The notes beneath the pieces are model-generated. The model was not told the origin of the DNA and ran no database searches. It saw only the letters and a program-made list of their open reading frames with translations. From NCBI RefSeq assembly GCF_964355755.1, contig NC_092673.1, positions 10,354,001 through 10,418,000 of the forward strand: a stretch of 64,000 nucleotides of DNA, read 5' to 3'. The position numbers and the translations under genes are program-made. Below, piece after piece: positions 14,893 to 23,741 of this stretch (positions within the stretch are counted from its first letter, which is position 1; the number at the start of each line of letters is the position of its first letter). The DNA comes from Antedon mediterranea. Lineage: Eukaryota; Animalia; Echinodermata.

Positions 14893-14901
14893 AAAGCTAT
14901 T
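14885..14901. other. Symmetry centre / orientation switch of the satellite array
   Basis: AATAGCTT-A-AAGCTATT centred on 14893. Monomers are + oriented to the left and - oriented everywhere to the right. Confidence 0.95.
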
Positions 14902-15443
14902 TTGTGCACTTTGATGTTTTTGTGTGAAAAGTTTCATCGAAATGCACAAAATGGTCTAAAACGTCTCTAAATGCGATTTGAAGCTATTTTGTGCACTTTG
15001 TCGTTTTTGTGTGAAAAGTTTCATCGAAATGCTCAAAATGGTCTAAAACGTCTCCAAATGCGATTTGAAGCTATTTTGTGCACTTTGATGTTTTTTTGTG
15101 AAAAGTTTCATCGAAATGCACAAAATGGTCTAAAACGTCTCTAAATGCGATTTGAAGCTATTTGGTGCACTTTGATGTTTTTGTGTGAAAAGTTTCATCG
15201 AAATGCACAAAATGGTCTAGAACGTCTCTAAATGCGATTTGAAGCTATTTTGTGCACTTTGTCGTTTTTGTGTGAAAAGTTTCATCGAAATGCTCAAAAT
15301 GGTCTAAAACGTCTCCAAATGCGATTTGAAGCTATTTTGTGCACTTTGATGTTTTTGTGTGAAAAGTTTCATCGAAATGCACAAAATGGTCTAAAACGGT
15401 TTCAAATGTGATTTTAAGCACTTTGATATTTTTGTGTAATCAA
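14894..15443 (-). repeat. 87 bp satellite, right arm segment 1 (inverted)
   Basis: Reverse complement of the monomer (AAGCTATTTTGTGCACTTTGATGTTTTTGTGTGAAAAGTTTCATCGAAATGCACAAAATGGTCTAAAACGTCTCCAAATGCGATTTG). Confidence 0.96.
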
Positions 15444-16029
15444 TGTAATATAACGATATACTTTTATATTTAAGAAATCGACCTTTGTATCGGAATTCAA
15501 ATAGGTTCACAAACTTGACCCAGAAAGTCCAGAGGAGAGTTTGTCCAGATGTTTTAATGACCATTTAGTTTATAATAGAATCCCTAAAGAAAACACTTAG
15601 CTTAATTTTGTGACTTTTCCCATCGTTAAACCAGGAGTGATCGACACTATTTAAGTACAGATTTGACAGTGTTATCCATCACAGAAATACCTTATTATAC
15701 CGTTAATCACTCCCACTTAAACACCCCTGGACCAACTTAGGACCAATCAGTAACCTCTAAGATTACGTAGTGACATATGTAAATGAACCGAGGGCCAATA
15801 TACTCCCAAGTTTCAGAAGGGCCCAGACACACCTCACAGCCACTTCTTCAGAAGCAGACCTACACACTTCACACCTCACCGACAGCATCACTGTATTCTC
15901 TGTTCCTTATCTATACTTATAGTTGTATATTGTACTGAAGTATTATACTGAATAAACAATATATGTGTTACGACAGTCAAGCGAGTAAGAGTCTTCATTA
16001 GTACCTCAACAACGCAACATTATATTACA
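15444..16029 (+). repeat. 5' LTR (586 bp)
   Basis: TG...CA ends with a 10 bp terminal inverted repeat; matches 23156..23741 with no difference found by eye; CCAAT at 15743, AATAAA at 15951. Confidence 0.97.
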
Positions 16030-16042
16030 TGGTGGAAGACCC
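16030..16042 (+). promoter_or_regulatory. Putative primer binding site
   Basis: TGGTGGAAGACCC directly after the 5' LTR. TGG is complementary to tRNA CCA. TGGTGGA resembles a tRNA-Ala-type 3' end, but I cannot confirm the cognate tRNA. Confidence 0.6.
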
Positions 16043-16165
16043 AAATTTCATAAGGAACGGAGTGAGAAAACAAGAAATAAACACTTAACAAGACACGAAG
16101 ACGAAGACGAAGACAAAAATAACCATATTTGTTTGAAAGGAGAAAACCAGAAATTTACTTTGATT

Positions 16166-16370
16166 CAAAAGACAAGCTGAAATTATATTTGAATGAGATC
16201 GAGACAAGCAGAAATTTGATCAAATTATTACCATTGGATGAAGACAAAGAAGATAATCGAGGAAGACACAAAAGACAAGCTGAAATTATATTTGAATGAG
16301 ATCGAGACAAGCAGAAATTTTATCAAATTATAACCATTGGATAAAGACAAAGAAGATAATCTAGGAAGAC
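16166..16370 (+). repeat. ~103 bp tandem duplication in the Gypsy 5' leader
   Basis: GACAAGCTGAAATTATATTTGAATGAGATCGAGACAAGCAGAAATTT... starts at 16171 and again at 16274, with about 4 substitutions. Confidence 0.9.
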
Positions 16371-16723
16371 CCAAGCAGAATCAAAACAGAAGCAAGCGGA
16401 CAAGAACTATTTCGTTTGAACACTTTCAACTTCACGCCGTTTTTTTTCGATCGTTTTTTTTAACATTTATTTTTTTTGACCATTTTGAACATTGATGAAC
16501 ACCTTTCGCATTTTTTTGAATTCGTTGTTTGAAAATTTGAACATTTGAACATTTTTGAACACTTTTTTGCATTCCTTTAATTCATTTTTAATTGGATCCG
16601 AAGCATTTGGAGTAAGTCAAAACCATTTTGATTTTTGATTTGTAACCTTGATTGAAAAGTGAGAGTTTACATATATATACACTAAATTGTTTTTGATATT
16701 TTGAATAATTAATATTATAAAGT

Positions 16724-17683
16724 ATGGTCGACATTGTTGATAACGAAGTAATTTTAAATGAGCCCGTCAATCCTCACCCCGTGCCCCACCTAAGACAAAC
16801 CGATTTCCTTCCCAAAAGATATGACGGTTCCATAACCGATCACGACCAATGTAGTGCACACTACTTATCGTTTACCGACTACCTTGAGGCCCACACTTTA
16901 GAAAACCCTGTAAACAATGCGCAATTAATTAATGTAATAAGTATTTTCAAACGTAGCCTTCAGGGCCAAGCTAGACTCTGGATTGAGGGAAAGCAGTTCG
17001 ATTCACTAGAATCCTTAAAAACCCAATTCATCAACAGGTTTAGTAAAAACAAATCAATCTATGCGCACATAAGAGAATACGATTCAATTACATACACCAC
17101 TGGCGACAACGCCGAAAAGCACTTAACCAAAATCAAACAAGCCGCAGACAGAATTGGATACGCTGACCAGCAGATAAAGAATAAATTTATTTCGACCCTT
17201 CCACCAAAATGTAGAGCAGCTGTAGCCATGTCCACCCCAATCGATGCCACTATTGACAATATCGTAAATAGCACACAAAATTACCTTGATCTTTCCGTAG
17301 ATGATGCCACACGGGAAGTTTCATTCAATATCAATAAGGAAACAGATAATAGTCTCGAATCGCTCCAACATGAGATAAATTCTCTCAAGTTAGACATGGC
17401 CACAACAAAACGATCCCTTAATGATGATACTCGACGCTCACGTTCCCCCACCCGAAATTATATCCCAAGACGAAACCGAAGCCCAAGCCCATACAAACCC
17501 CGATTCCAGACCCCACCGACCCCAAGATATAGACAACCTCCCCCAACCTGTTATTACTGCGGGAAACCAGGCCACATAGCAAGGCACTGCCGACAACAAA
17601 ACCGTTCTTACGGAAACTATCCCCCGCCATACCCATACCAACAGTCAAACAATTACTACCCTAGCCACCAGCAGGATTTTTAA
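16724..17683 (+). CDS. gag: Gag polyprotein (retrotransposon capsid-like region, RS/P-rich segment, CCHC zinc knuckle)
   Basis: 319 aa ORF; LQGQARLW...LKTQFINRF Gag-like motif; CYYCGKPGHIARHC knuckle at 17549-17590. Confidence 0.93.
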   Translation: MVDIVDNEVILNEPVNPHPVPHLRQTDFLPKRYDGSITDHDQCSAHYLSFTDYLEAHTLENPVNNAQLINVISIFKRSLQGQARLWIEGKQFDSLESLKTQFINRFSKNKSIYAHIREYDSITYTTGDNAEKHLTKIKQAADRIGYADQQIKNKFISTLPPKCRAAVAMSTPIDATIDNIVNSTQNYLDLSVDDATREVSFNINKETDNSLESLQHEINSLKLDMATTKRSLNDDTRRSRSPTRNYIPRRNRSPSPYKPRFQTPPTPRYRQPPPTCYYCGKPGHIARHCRQQNRSYGNYPPPYPYQQSNNYYPSHQQDF

Positions 17684-17718
17684 AAAGGGGACTAGATGCC
17701 GCCTATAATCTGGCCCCC
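17674..17718 (+). promoter_or_regulatory. Programmed -1 ribosomal frameshift signal (gag-pol)
   Basis: G_GAT_TTT just before the gag TAA. The -1 frame is open (FLKRGLDAAYNLAP...) into the protease ORF. A stem-loop GGGGACTAGAT/ATCTGGCCCC begins 6 nt downstream. Confidence 0.8.
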
Positions 17719-17775
17719 CATACTAAATACGACAATTTTAAGGCAAAATACTTAGGGAATTCAGATAATATTGAT

Positions 17776-18744
17776 TTGTTACTTAACGACAGAAATTACG
17801 TTAAAGGAAATTTACCAGATGGTAGAAATGTTTTAACTTTATTTGACAGTGGTTCAACTAGAACTATAATCTCACAATCGTACGTTAATTCCTCACTTTA
17901 CTTATCGCGTCTAAAGCCAATTAAAGTGAATACAACTAAATTTCGATTAGGTAACGGTGACTTCTTATATTCCAACCACTTAGTGCAATTCGAATTATTT
18001 ATCCAAGGACACAAATTTAAAATTTCAGCGTTAATTGTTAAAAATTTGACAGGTATTGACCTGATACTTGGAACCGAAACATTGTCTGAACTCGACGGTA
18101 CTTTAAAGTTTAAGGAAAACACATTTCGCATTAGACCAAAGATTTTTAGCTTTCGTCCAGTACACAAGATTTTTCTTAAACCCGGTGATACTAGAACAGT
18201 TAAATTAAAAGGAAGGGTTCCCGCCTGTGTACGCAATTCTGATGTTGTTCTACATGCAACCACCCATATTTCAAAACTTTGTCCATCAGATATGTTAGTA
18301 AAATTACATAGAGGAGAAACCAACATTGATATCACTAACAACACAAACAGAAACGTATCTCTAAATACACATCAACCTATCGCGAGCCTTCACTTAACCA
18401 ACCTTGTAACAGTTACTAACGACCTACCAATTGATAGAATAAAGTTGACCAATGACAACGCAAACAAGTACCCACATTTAGAACGTACAGACCCATTGCT
18501 AACTTTAACCGAGGAAGAAATAATTAGAAAACAAGTTGATTCAACAGACAGCGTTTTAACACATAGAGAAAAAGAAGATTTGTATAAAACCTTACAACAA
18601 AACAGAAACGCATTTTCACTTTATGGTGAACTATCTAGCTGCCCAAACTTCAAAGCTGACATACACCTCTCTAACGATGAACCATTTTTATTCGACCATA
18701 CTTCGCAACAGACAAAGACAAAAATGTTATTGAGGCCGAATTGA
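17776..18744 (+). CDS. pol: Pol N-terminal part: aspartic protease plus linker (frame actually open from ~17677; homology continues into the next frame at ~18689)
   Basis: LFDSGSTRTII active site (DSG 17845-17853) and downstream DLILG motif. Confidence 0.9.
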   Translation: MLLNDRNYVKGNLPDGRNVLTLFDSGSTRTIISQSYVNSSLYLSRLKPIKVNTTKFRLGNGDFLYSNHLVQFELFIQGHKFKISALIVKNLTGIDLILGTETLSELDGTLKFKENTFRIRPKIFSFRPVHKIFLKPGDTRTVKLKGRVPACVRNSDVVLHATTHISKLCPSDMLVKLHRGETNIDITNNTNRNVSLNTHQPIASLHLTNLVTVTNDLPIDRIKLTNDNANKYPHLERTDPLLTLTEEEIIRKQVDSTDSVLTHREKEDLYKTLQQNRNAFSLYGELSSCPNFKADIHLSNDEPFLFDHTSQQTKTKMLLRPN

Positions 18745-21700
18745 ACAAATTAGTCAAACTAGGAATCTTAGCAGTAGGACACCAATCGTATACTTCCCCT
18801 GTCCTTCTTGTTTCAAAGAAAAATTCAAAAGATAAAAGAGTTGTCACAGACTTTCGCTATCTAAATTCCAGGATAAAACGTATTAATCACCCATTCCCAT
18901 TATTGGCCGAAACTTTGAAAACAATAGGTAACGCTAATGCACAGATTCTTAGCGTAATTGATTTGAAATCAGCGTTCCACTGTGTACCATTAGCCGAACA
19001 TGCCCAACAATACACAGGTATAGCTTCATATCATGGTGGAAAGCATTATTATTATAAGAGATTAGCACAAGGATTAAACGTTTCGCCAGGTATATTTCAA
19101 GCAAAGATTGACGAAATTTTAAATGAAATCCCGAATTCTAGAGAATTCTGTATCGCCCATCATGATGATATTATTTTATTTAGCCAAGACAAATTTGCTC
19201 ATAAGCAGCACCTCGTTTCCGTTTTACAAGCCCTACAATTAAATGGTTTTAGAGTTTGCCCAAAGAAATGTAAGTTATTCAAGAATAAAGTGCAATATAT
19301 GGGACACACCATCCTGATTAATTCTTCAGGACACGCATGTATCACACCATTAGGCGACAGGTGTGCAGCTATCCGAAATTTGCCAGTCCCACGAACCCAT
19401 AAAGAAACTAAACGATTTATTGGTGCAGTAAATTATGTATCCCATTTTTTCCCTCAAATACAATCAATTTTACGTCCGTTACATACACTCGCGAGTAAAC
19501 GCCGAAAATTTGTTTGGTCTACTGACCACCAGAAAGCATTTGACGAAATTAAACAATTAATGGTTAAACCACCAACTCTTCAAATGCCTAGAAAAGAAGG
19601 TAGATTTACGCTATATAGCGACACTTCAAGAACCGCAACAGGTTCATATTTAACACAAACAGTAAACGGTACAGAACACATAATAGGTTATTATTCCAAA
19701 ATCTTACCACAAGCCTGTCAACGATATAGCGTCACAGAATTAGAGTTATTTGGACTTTACATTAACGTTTCAGCATTTCGACACTTACTAAAGGGTTGCG
19801 AATTTGATGCATTCGTAGACCACTCAGCAATTGTACAAATTTGGAATTCAAAAGATCAGCCATGTACACCCCGTTTACAGAAACTAATATTACGATTGTC
19901 CGGATACATTTTCCAAATTGGTTATAAGAAAGGAACTGAATTAGTTTTAGCAGATTTTCTCTCCCGAGCCCCTCGTGACGACGATTCCGAAATTGATCAA
20001 GTTGTACCCATTGCATTTAATATTACAGAGACTGAATCTCTTAACCCGATTACAAACACATCTACTTGCAGACCAGTAACAAGGTCATACACCAAGAAAA
20101 TGGGAATAAATATACCTAACCTACATAAACCCAAACCAGTACAAACGCCCGTCATTAATCAAAACCCAGTGACAACAAACACGCGACCTACACCTCAACC
20201 TACCACTACACCACAGATAATCACGAGACAACAAACAAACGCACATCGATCACCGCCTATCATAACGCCATCTATCGTAACACCACCCCCAATACGTAAT
20301 GTAAACATTCGACAACCTCCAGAGGAACGACTAGTAGACAAAAATAAGCAAAGCAAAGATACTACACATCGAAATGTACCAGTTGAATTGTATACATCGC
20401 CCAAACCACTAGTACCCAACATAACTGAATTTAAGTCAGCACACATCCCAAAACAACAAGACTTAGATAGATTAATGGATGTTATTCAAAGAAAGATAAT
20501 TAGAGATTATAACCTCCCAGTAGATGTTAAACAATTACGTGTTGAACAAGAAACTTCACCATTTTTTAAGCCAGTTTACGATTATTTAGCTCATGATATC
20601 CTTCCAGCTGATAAGAAAGCAGCTCGTGCAGTTCAGAATAAGTCAGAGCAGTACATATTGTGCAACGGTTTACTATTCCGTTTGTTTTTCCAAGATAAAG
20701 GTGGAGAATTTGTATTGCAATTAGCCGTTCCTGAAAACTTAGCCGAAACTATTATTTCTCAGTATCACGACAATTTGTTAAGTAGCCACCAAGGTACGAT
20801 GCGTACTTACCTTACTATTAGGAAATTATTTTACATGCCTCTTATGTTCGAGAAAGTCAACAATTATACCCAAGCGTGTCTTAGATGTCAACAATTTCGT
20901 CCCAAAACCGATAAGTTACGTCCTTTACACGATCGAGTACCAGCAACTTACTTTCATACACTCAGTCTAGATTTTAAGAGTATGCCAACATCACCTTCAG
21001 GTTTTAAACATATTATGGTAGTATGTGATGAGATAACTAGATTTTTGACTTGTGTATCTTTGAAATCCATTGATGCCGAAACAATTTGTGAAGCACTAAT
21101 TCAAAAGGTCATCAGTATTTTTGGACCCCCATCTCGTCTTATTTCAGATGCAGCAACCTCCCTTACAGGAAAATTATTAACACTATTATGTAACACCCTT
21201 AATATTGATAGGAAAATCATCAGCGTCCACAATCACGGTAGTTTACAAGTTGAACGTCATATCCGCACCGTATCGGACCTGTTAAAGGTCAACCTTAACC
21301 AATTCGGAACAGATTGGGTTAGATTTGTATCAACAACATGTTATGCTTATAACTCGTTTTCATCCCCACATTTAGGAAACCACTTCCCTTACGAATTAGT
21401 TTTTGGCCGCCAACCTCCAAGTTTGACCTCATTAGCATTTAACCCTATTTCAGGATTGTCTCATTCCTATGAAGAATACTTTGAACACCTCAAGAAGAAA
21501 TTTCAAAACATTTCACAGACAATGCTACAATTACAGCGAACACAACAAAACGTCCAAAACTCGAAAATTTCCCAACGCTTAGAAAAAAGTCCAATTTACT
21601 CAGTAGGACAACTCGTATATTTATACAAGCCAACATCAACATCACTAACGGCAAATTCAAAGAAAATCGCCGCAGAATGGGTCGGACCATTAGTAATTCA

Positions 21701-22262
21701 TGAAGTACTAGACAGAACACACTACATCCTAGCGACGATTAAAGGAGAAATACTTCGCGACGTATTCAATTATAACAGACTGAAACCCTGTTTTATGAGA
21801 ACACCCAAAGAACGCAAAAATTTTACACATCTACAAAAACTTAAACAATTGTTGAATGAACCCACTGATGATAATAACGATAAAATCCAAAACACCATTA
21901 ATGTAGTAAATGACGAAATCAATGTTGAATTTGTAGACGAACATGATAGGACACCCGCCCAATTGCAATCAGATACCCTTACACATCCAACTAAGATAGA
22001 ACCCCTTAACTTGCAACCTTACATTGACTGTGTAGAGAATAACATGGGATTAGCAGCCCCATTCCAAATGAAAGAAAAACAAATAAAGGAACAAACTAAT
22101 CTAATTATGACAGCACCTAATGATTCAAGTATGACATTAAACCGAGGTAGATTTAAAGCAGGACATTTCCAAGTTTTAGTTTCGTATTCTAAACCGACTT
22201 CAGCCAAACGCAACACCGATAAAACAAAACAAGAATCTAATGATCGCAAATTACTGATTTAA
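18741..22262 (+). CDS. pol: Pol C-terminal part: reverse transcriptase, RNase H, integrase (frame open from ~18687)
   Basis: RT: SPVLLV..RVVTDFRYLN, IDLKSAF, QGL, HHDD, KKC..YMGH. RNase H: SDTS, ELE, DH, ADFLSR. IN: HHCC (H..H..CLRC), D-D-E (LDFK, SDAA, VER), WVGPL GPY/F-type C-terminal module. Confidence 0.95.
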   Translation: MNKLVKLGILAVGHQSYTSPVLLVSKKNSKDKRVVTDFRYLNSRIKRINHPFPLLAETLKTIGNANAQILSVIDLKSAFHCVPLAEHAQQYTGIASYHGGKHYYYKRLAQGLNVSPGIFQAKIDEILNEIPNSREFCIAHHDDIILFSQDKFAHKQHLVSVLQALQLNGFRVCPKKCKLFKNKVQYMGHTILINSSGHACITPLGDRCAAIRNLPVPRTHKETKRFIGAVNYVSHFFPQIQSILRPLHTLASKRRKFVWSTDHQKAFDEIKQLMVKPPTLQMPRKEGRFTLYSDTSRTATGSYLTQTVNGTEHIIGYYSKILPQACQRYSVTELELFGLYINVSAFRHLLKGCEFDAFVDHSAIVQIWNSKDQPCTPRLQKLILRLSGYIFQIGYKKGTELVLADFLSRAPRDDDSEIDQVVPIAFNITETESLNPITNTSTCRPVTRSYTKKMGINIPNLHKPKPVQTPVINQNPVTTNTRPTPQPTTTPQIITRQQTNAHRSPPIITPSIVTPPPIRNVNIRQPPEERLVDKNKQSKDTTHRNVPVELYTSPKPLVPNITEFKSAHIPKQQDLDRLMDVIQRKIIRDYNLPVDVKQLRVEQETSPFFKPVYDYLAHDILPADKKAARAVQNKSEQYILCNGLLFRLFFQDKGGEFVLQLAVPENLAETIISQYHDNLLSSHQGTMRTYLTIRKLFYMPLMFEKVNNYTQACLRCQQFRPKTDKLRPLHDRVPATYFHTLSLDFKSMPTSPSGFKHIMVVCDEITRFLTCVSLKSIDAETICEALIQKVISIFGPPSRLISDAATSLTGKLLTLLCNTLNIDRKIISVHNHGSLQVERHIRTVSDLLKVNLNQFGTDWVRFVSTTCYAYNSFSSPHLGNHFPYELVFGRQPPSLTSLAFNPISGLSHSYEEYFEHLKKKFQNISQTMLQLQRTQQNVQNSKISQRLEKSPIYSVGQLVYLYKPTSTSLTANSKKIAAEWVGPLVIHEVLDRTHYILATIKGEILRDVFNYNRLKPCFMRTPKERKNFTHLQKLKQLLNEPTDDNNDKIQNTINVVNDEINVEFVDEHDRTPAQLQSDTLTHPTKIEPLNLQPYIDCVENNMGLAAPFQMKEKQIKEQTNLIMTAPNDSSMTLNRGRFKAGHFQVLVSYSKPTSAKRNTDKTKQESNDRKLLI

Positions 22263-23129
22263 TTTTTTGCAAGAAATTTTTTTTAATTACGACATTTGCT
22301 AAATTATTGATAGCATAGTCTACGTATTTGATGAGACTTGTTTAATAATGATGTGATTTCAGTTAAAAGAGAATTGAATTTATGTTTAAGTATTGATTTT
22401 GTAACGAGTTTTTTGATAAAGATTAATTTTGAATGATCGATATATTGAGATATTAAAAGGAACGACAATCATTTTGTAACAAATATTTTGTTTAACCTTT
22501 GAGTCGTTAATCTCAAGCATTAATTAATTGATATACAATAATAGGAGATTTTCTTAGTACTTTTAATTGTAATTTTTTTAACATTGAGTACAAAAGTCGA
22601 ATTTGTCGACCGATTGAAATCGTAATTACCTGTGAATATAAATGCTTAAATCGATAAAGTTGTGACGATAACGATATATTGTGGATAAGTTTGTGTCAAC
22701 GGGACACACACATTTGTTTCTTTTAAAGTTTTAAGTGATTAAGTTTGATATTTGATTTTAGGCTAATCAGCCACAGCTTTCTTGAGTTTTATGTTTAATT
22801 TGATGATTTATGTTTGAAGACCATTAGAACGCGATGAGTTGTCGCACGATTTGATGTATGTTCAATGTAACATACTATTTTTAAGTTTTGTATTTTATTT
22901 TTAACCGATTTATGTTTGATTTACGCGAATTTAATACCAAATTCATTTTTAATTTTAATTTTTTTTAAGAGAGAGAAGAGAGAGAGTGAAAGTGATAAGG
23001 TTACACTTCAGAGTCAATGGTTTTGGCTAACTCAATTTTGCATATATGTATAATAATGTTTTTTTTTCTTTTATATAACTTTAATTTTGCATGCCACTAT
23101 TATAACCATTTTTATATTTTAAATAGATT

Positions 23130-23155
23130 AGAAAAAAAAAAGGGAAACAGAGGGA
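23130..23155 (+). promoter_or_regulatory. Polypurine tract
   Basis: AGAAAAAAAAAAGGGAAACAGAGGGA immediately before the 3' LTR. Confidence 0.9.
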
Positions 23156-23741
23156 TGTAATATAACGATATACTTTTATATTTAAGAAATCGACCTTTGT
23201 ATCGGAATTCAAATAGGTTCACAAACTTGACCCAGAAAGTCCAGAGGAGAGTTTGTCCAGATGTTTTAATGACCATTTAGTTTATAATAGAATCCCTAAA
23301 GAAAACACTTAGCTTAATTTTGTGACTTTTCCCATCGTTAAACCAGGAGTGATCGACACTATTTAAGTACAGATTTGACAGTGTTATCCATCACAGAAAT
23401 ACCTTATTATACCGTTAATCACTCCCACTTAAACACCCCTGGACCAACTTAGGACCAATCAGTAACCTCTAAGATTACGTAGTGACATATGTAAATGAAC
23501 CGAGGGCCAATATACTCCCAAGTTTCAGAAGGGCCCAGACACACCTCACAGCCACTTCTTCAGAAGCAGACCTACACACTTCACACCTCACCGACAGCAT
23601 CACTGTATTCTCTGTTCCTTATCTATACTTATAGTTGTATATTGTACTGAAGTATTATACTGAATAAACAATATATGTGTTACGACAGTCAAGCGAGTAA
23701 GAGTCTTCATTAGTACCTCAACAACGCAACATTATATTACA
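23156..23741 (+). repeat. 3' LTR (586 bp)
   Basis: Copy of 15444..16029; AATAAA at 23663-23668. Confidence 0.97.

Larger units (their letters stand above)
15444..23741 (+). mobile_element. Ty3/Gypsy LTR retrotransposon, full length (8298 bp), recent insertion
   Basis: Two 586 bp LTRs (TGTAATATAA...TTATATTACA). 4 bp TSD TCAA (15440-15443 and 23742-23745) splits the satellite motif GTGTAATCAAGTTT. PBS-like TGG, PPT, gag, and PR-RT-RH-IN order typical of Gypsy. Confidence 0.97.

Noticed and set aside
14885-14901. Sequencing snap-back chimera as the explanation for the inversion
   Set aside because: The arms differ in length, variant order and insertions, so they are not a read mirrored on itself. 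An assembly mis-join still cannot be excluded without reads.
16588-22249. Antisense ORFs within the Gypsy leader, gag and pol (e.g. 17898..18344)
   Set aside because: Shadow ORFs with no recognisable motifs.
22263-23129. env gene in the long 3' region
   Set aside because: No ORF of 60 aa or more in the track; T-rich non-coding sequence.
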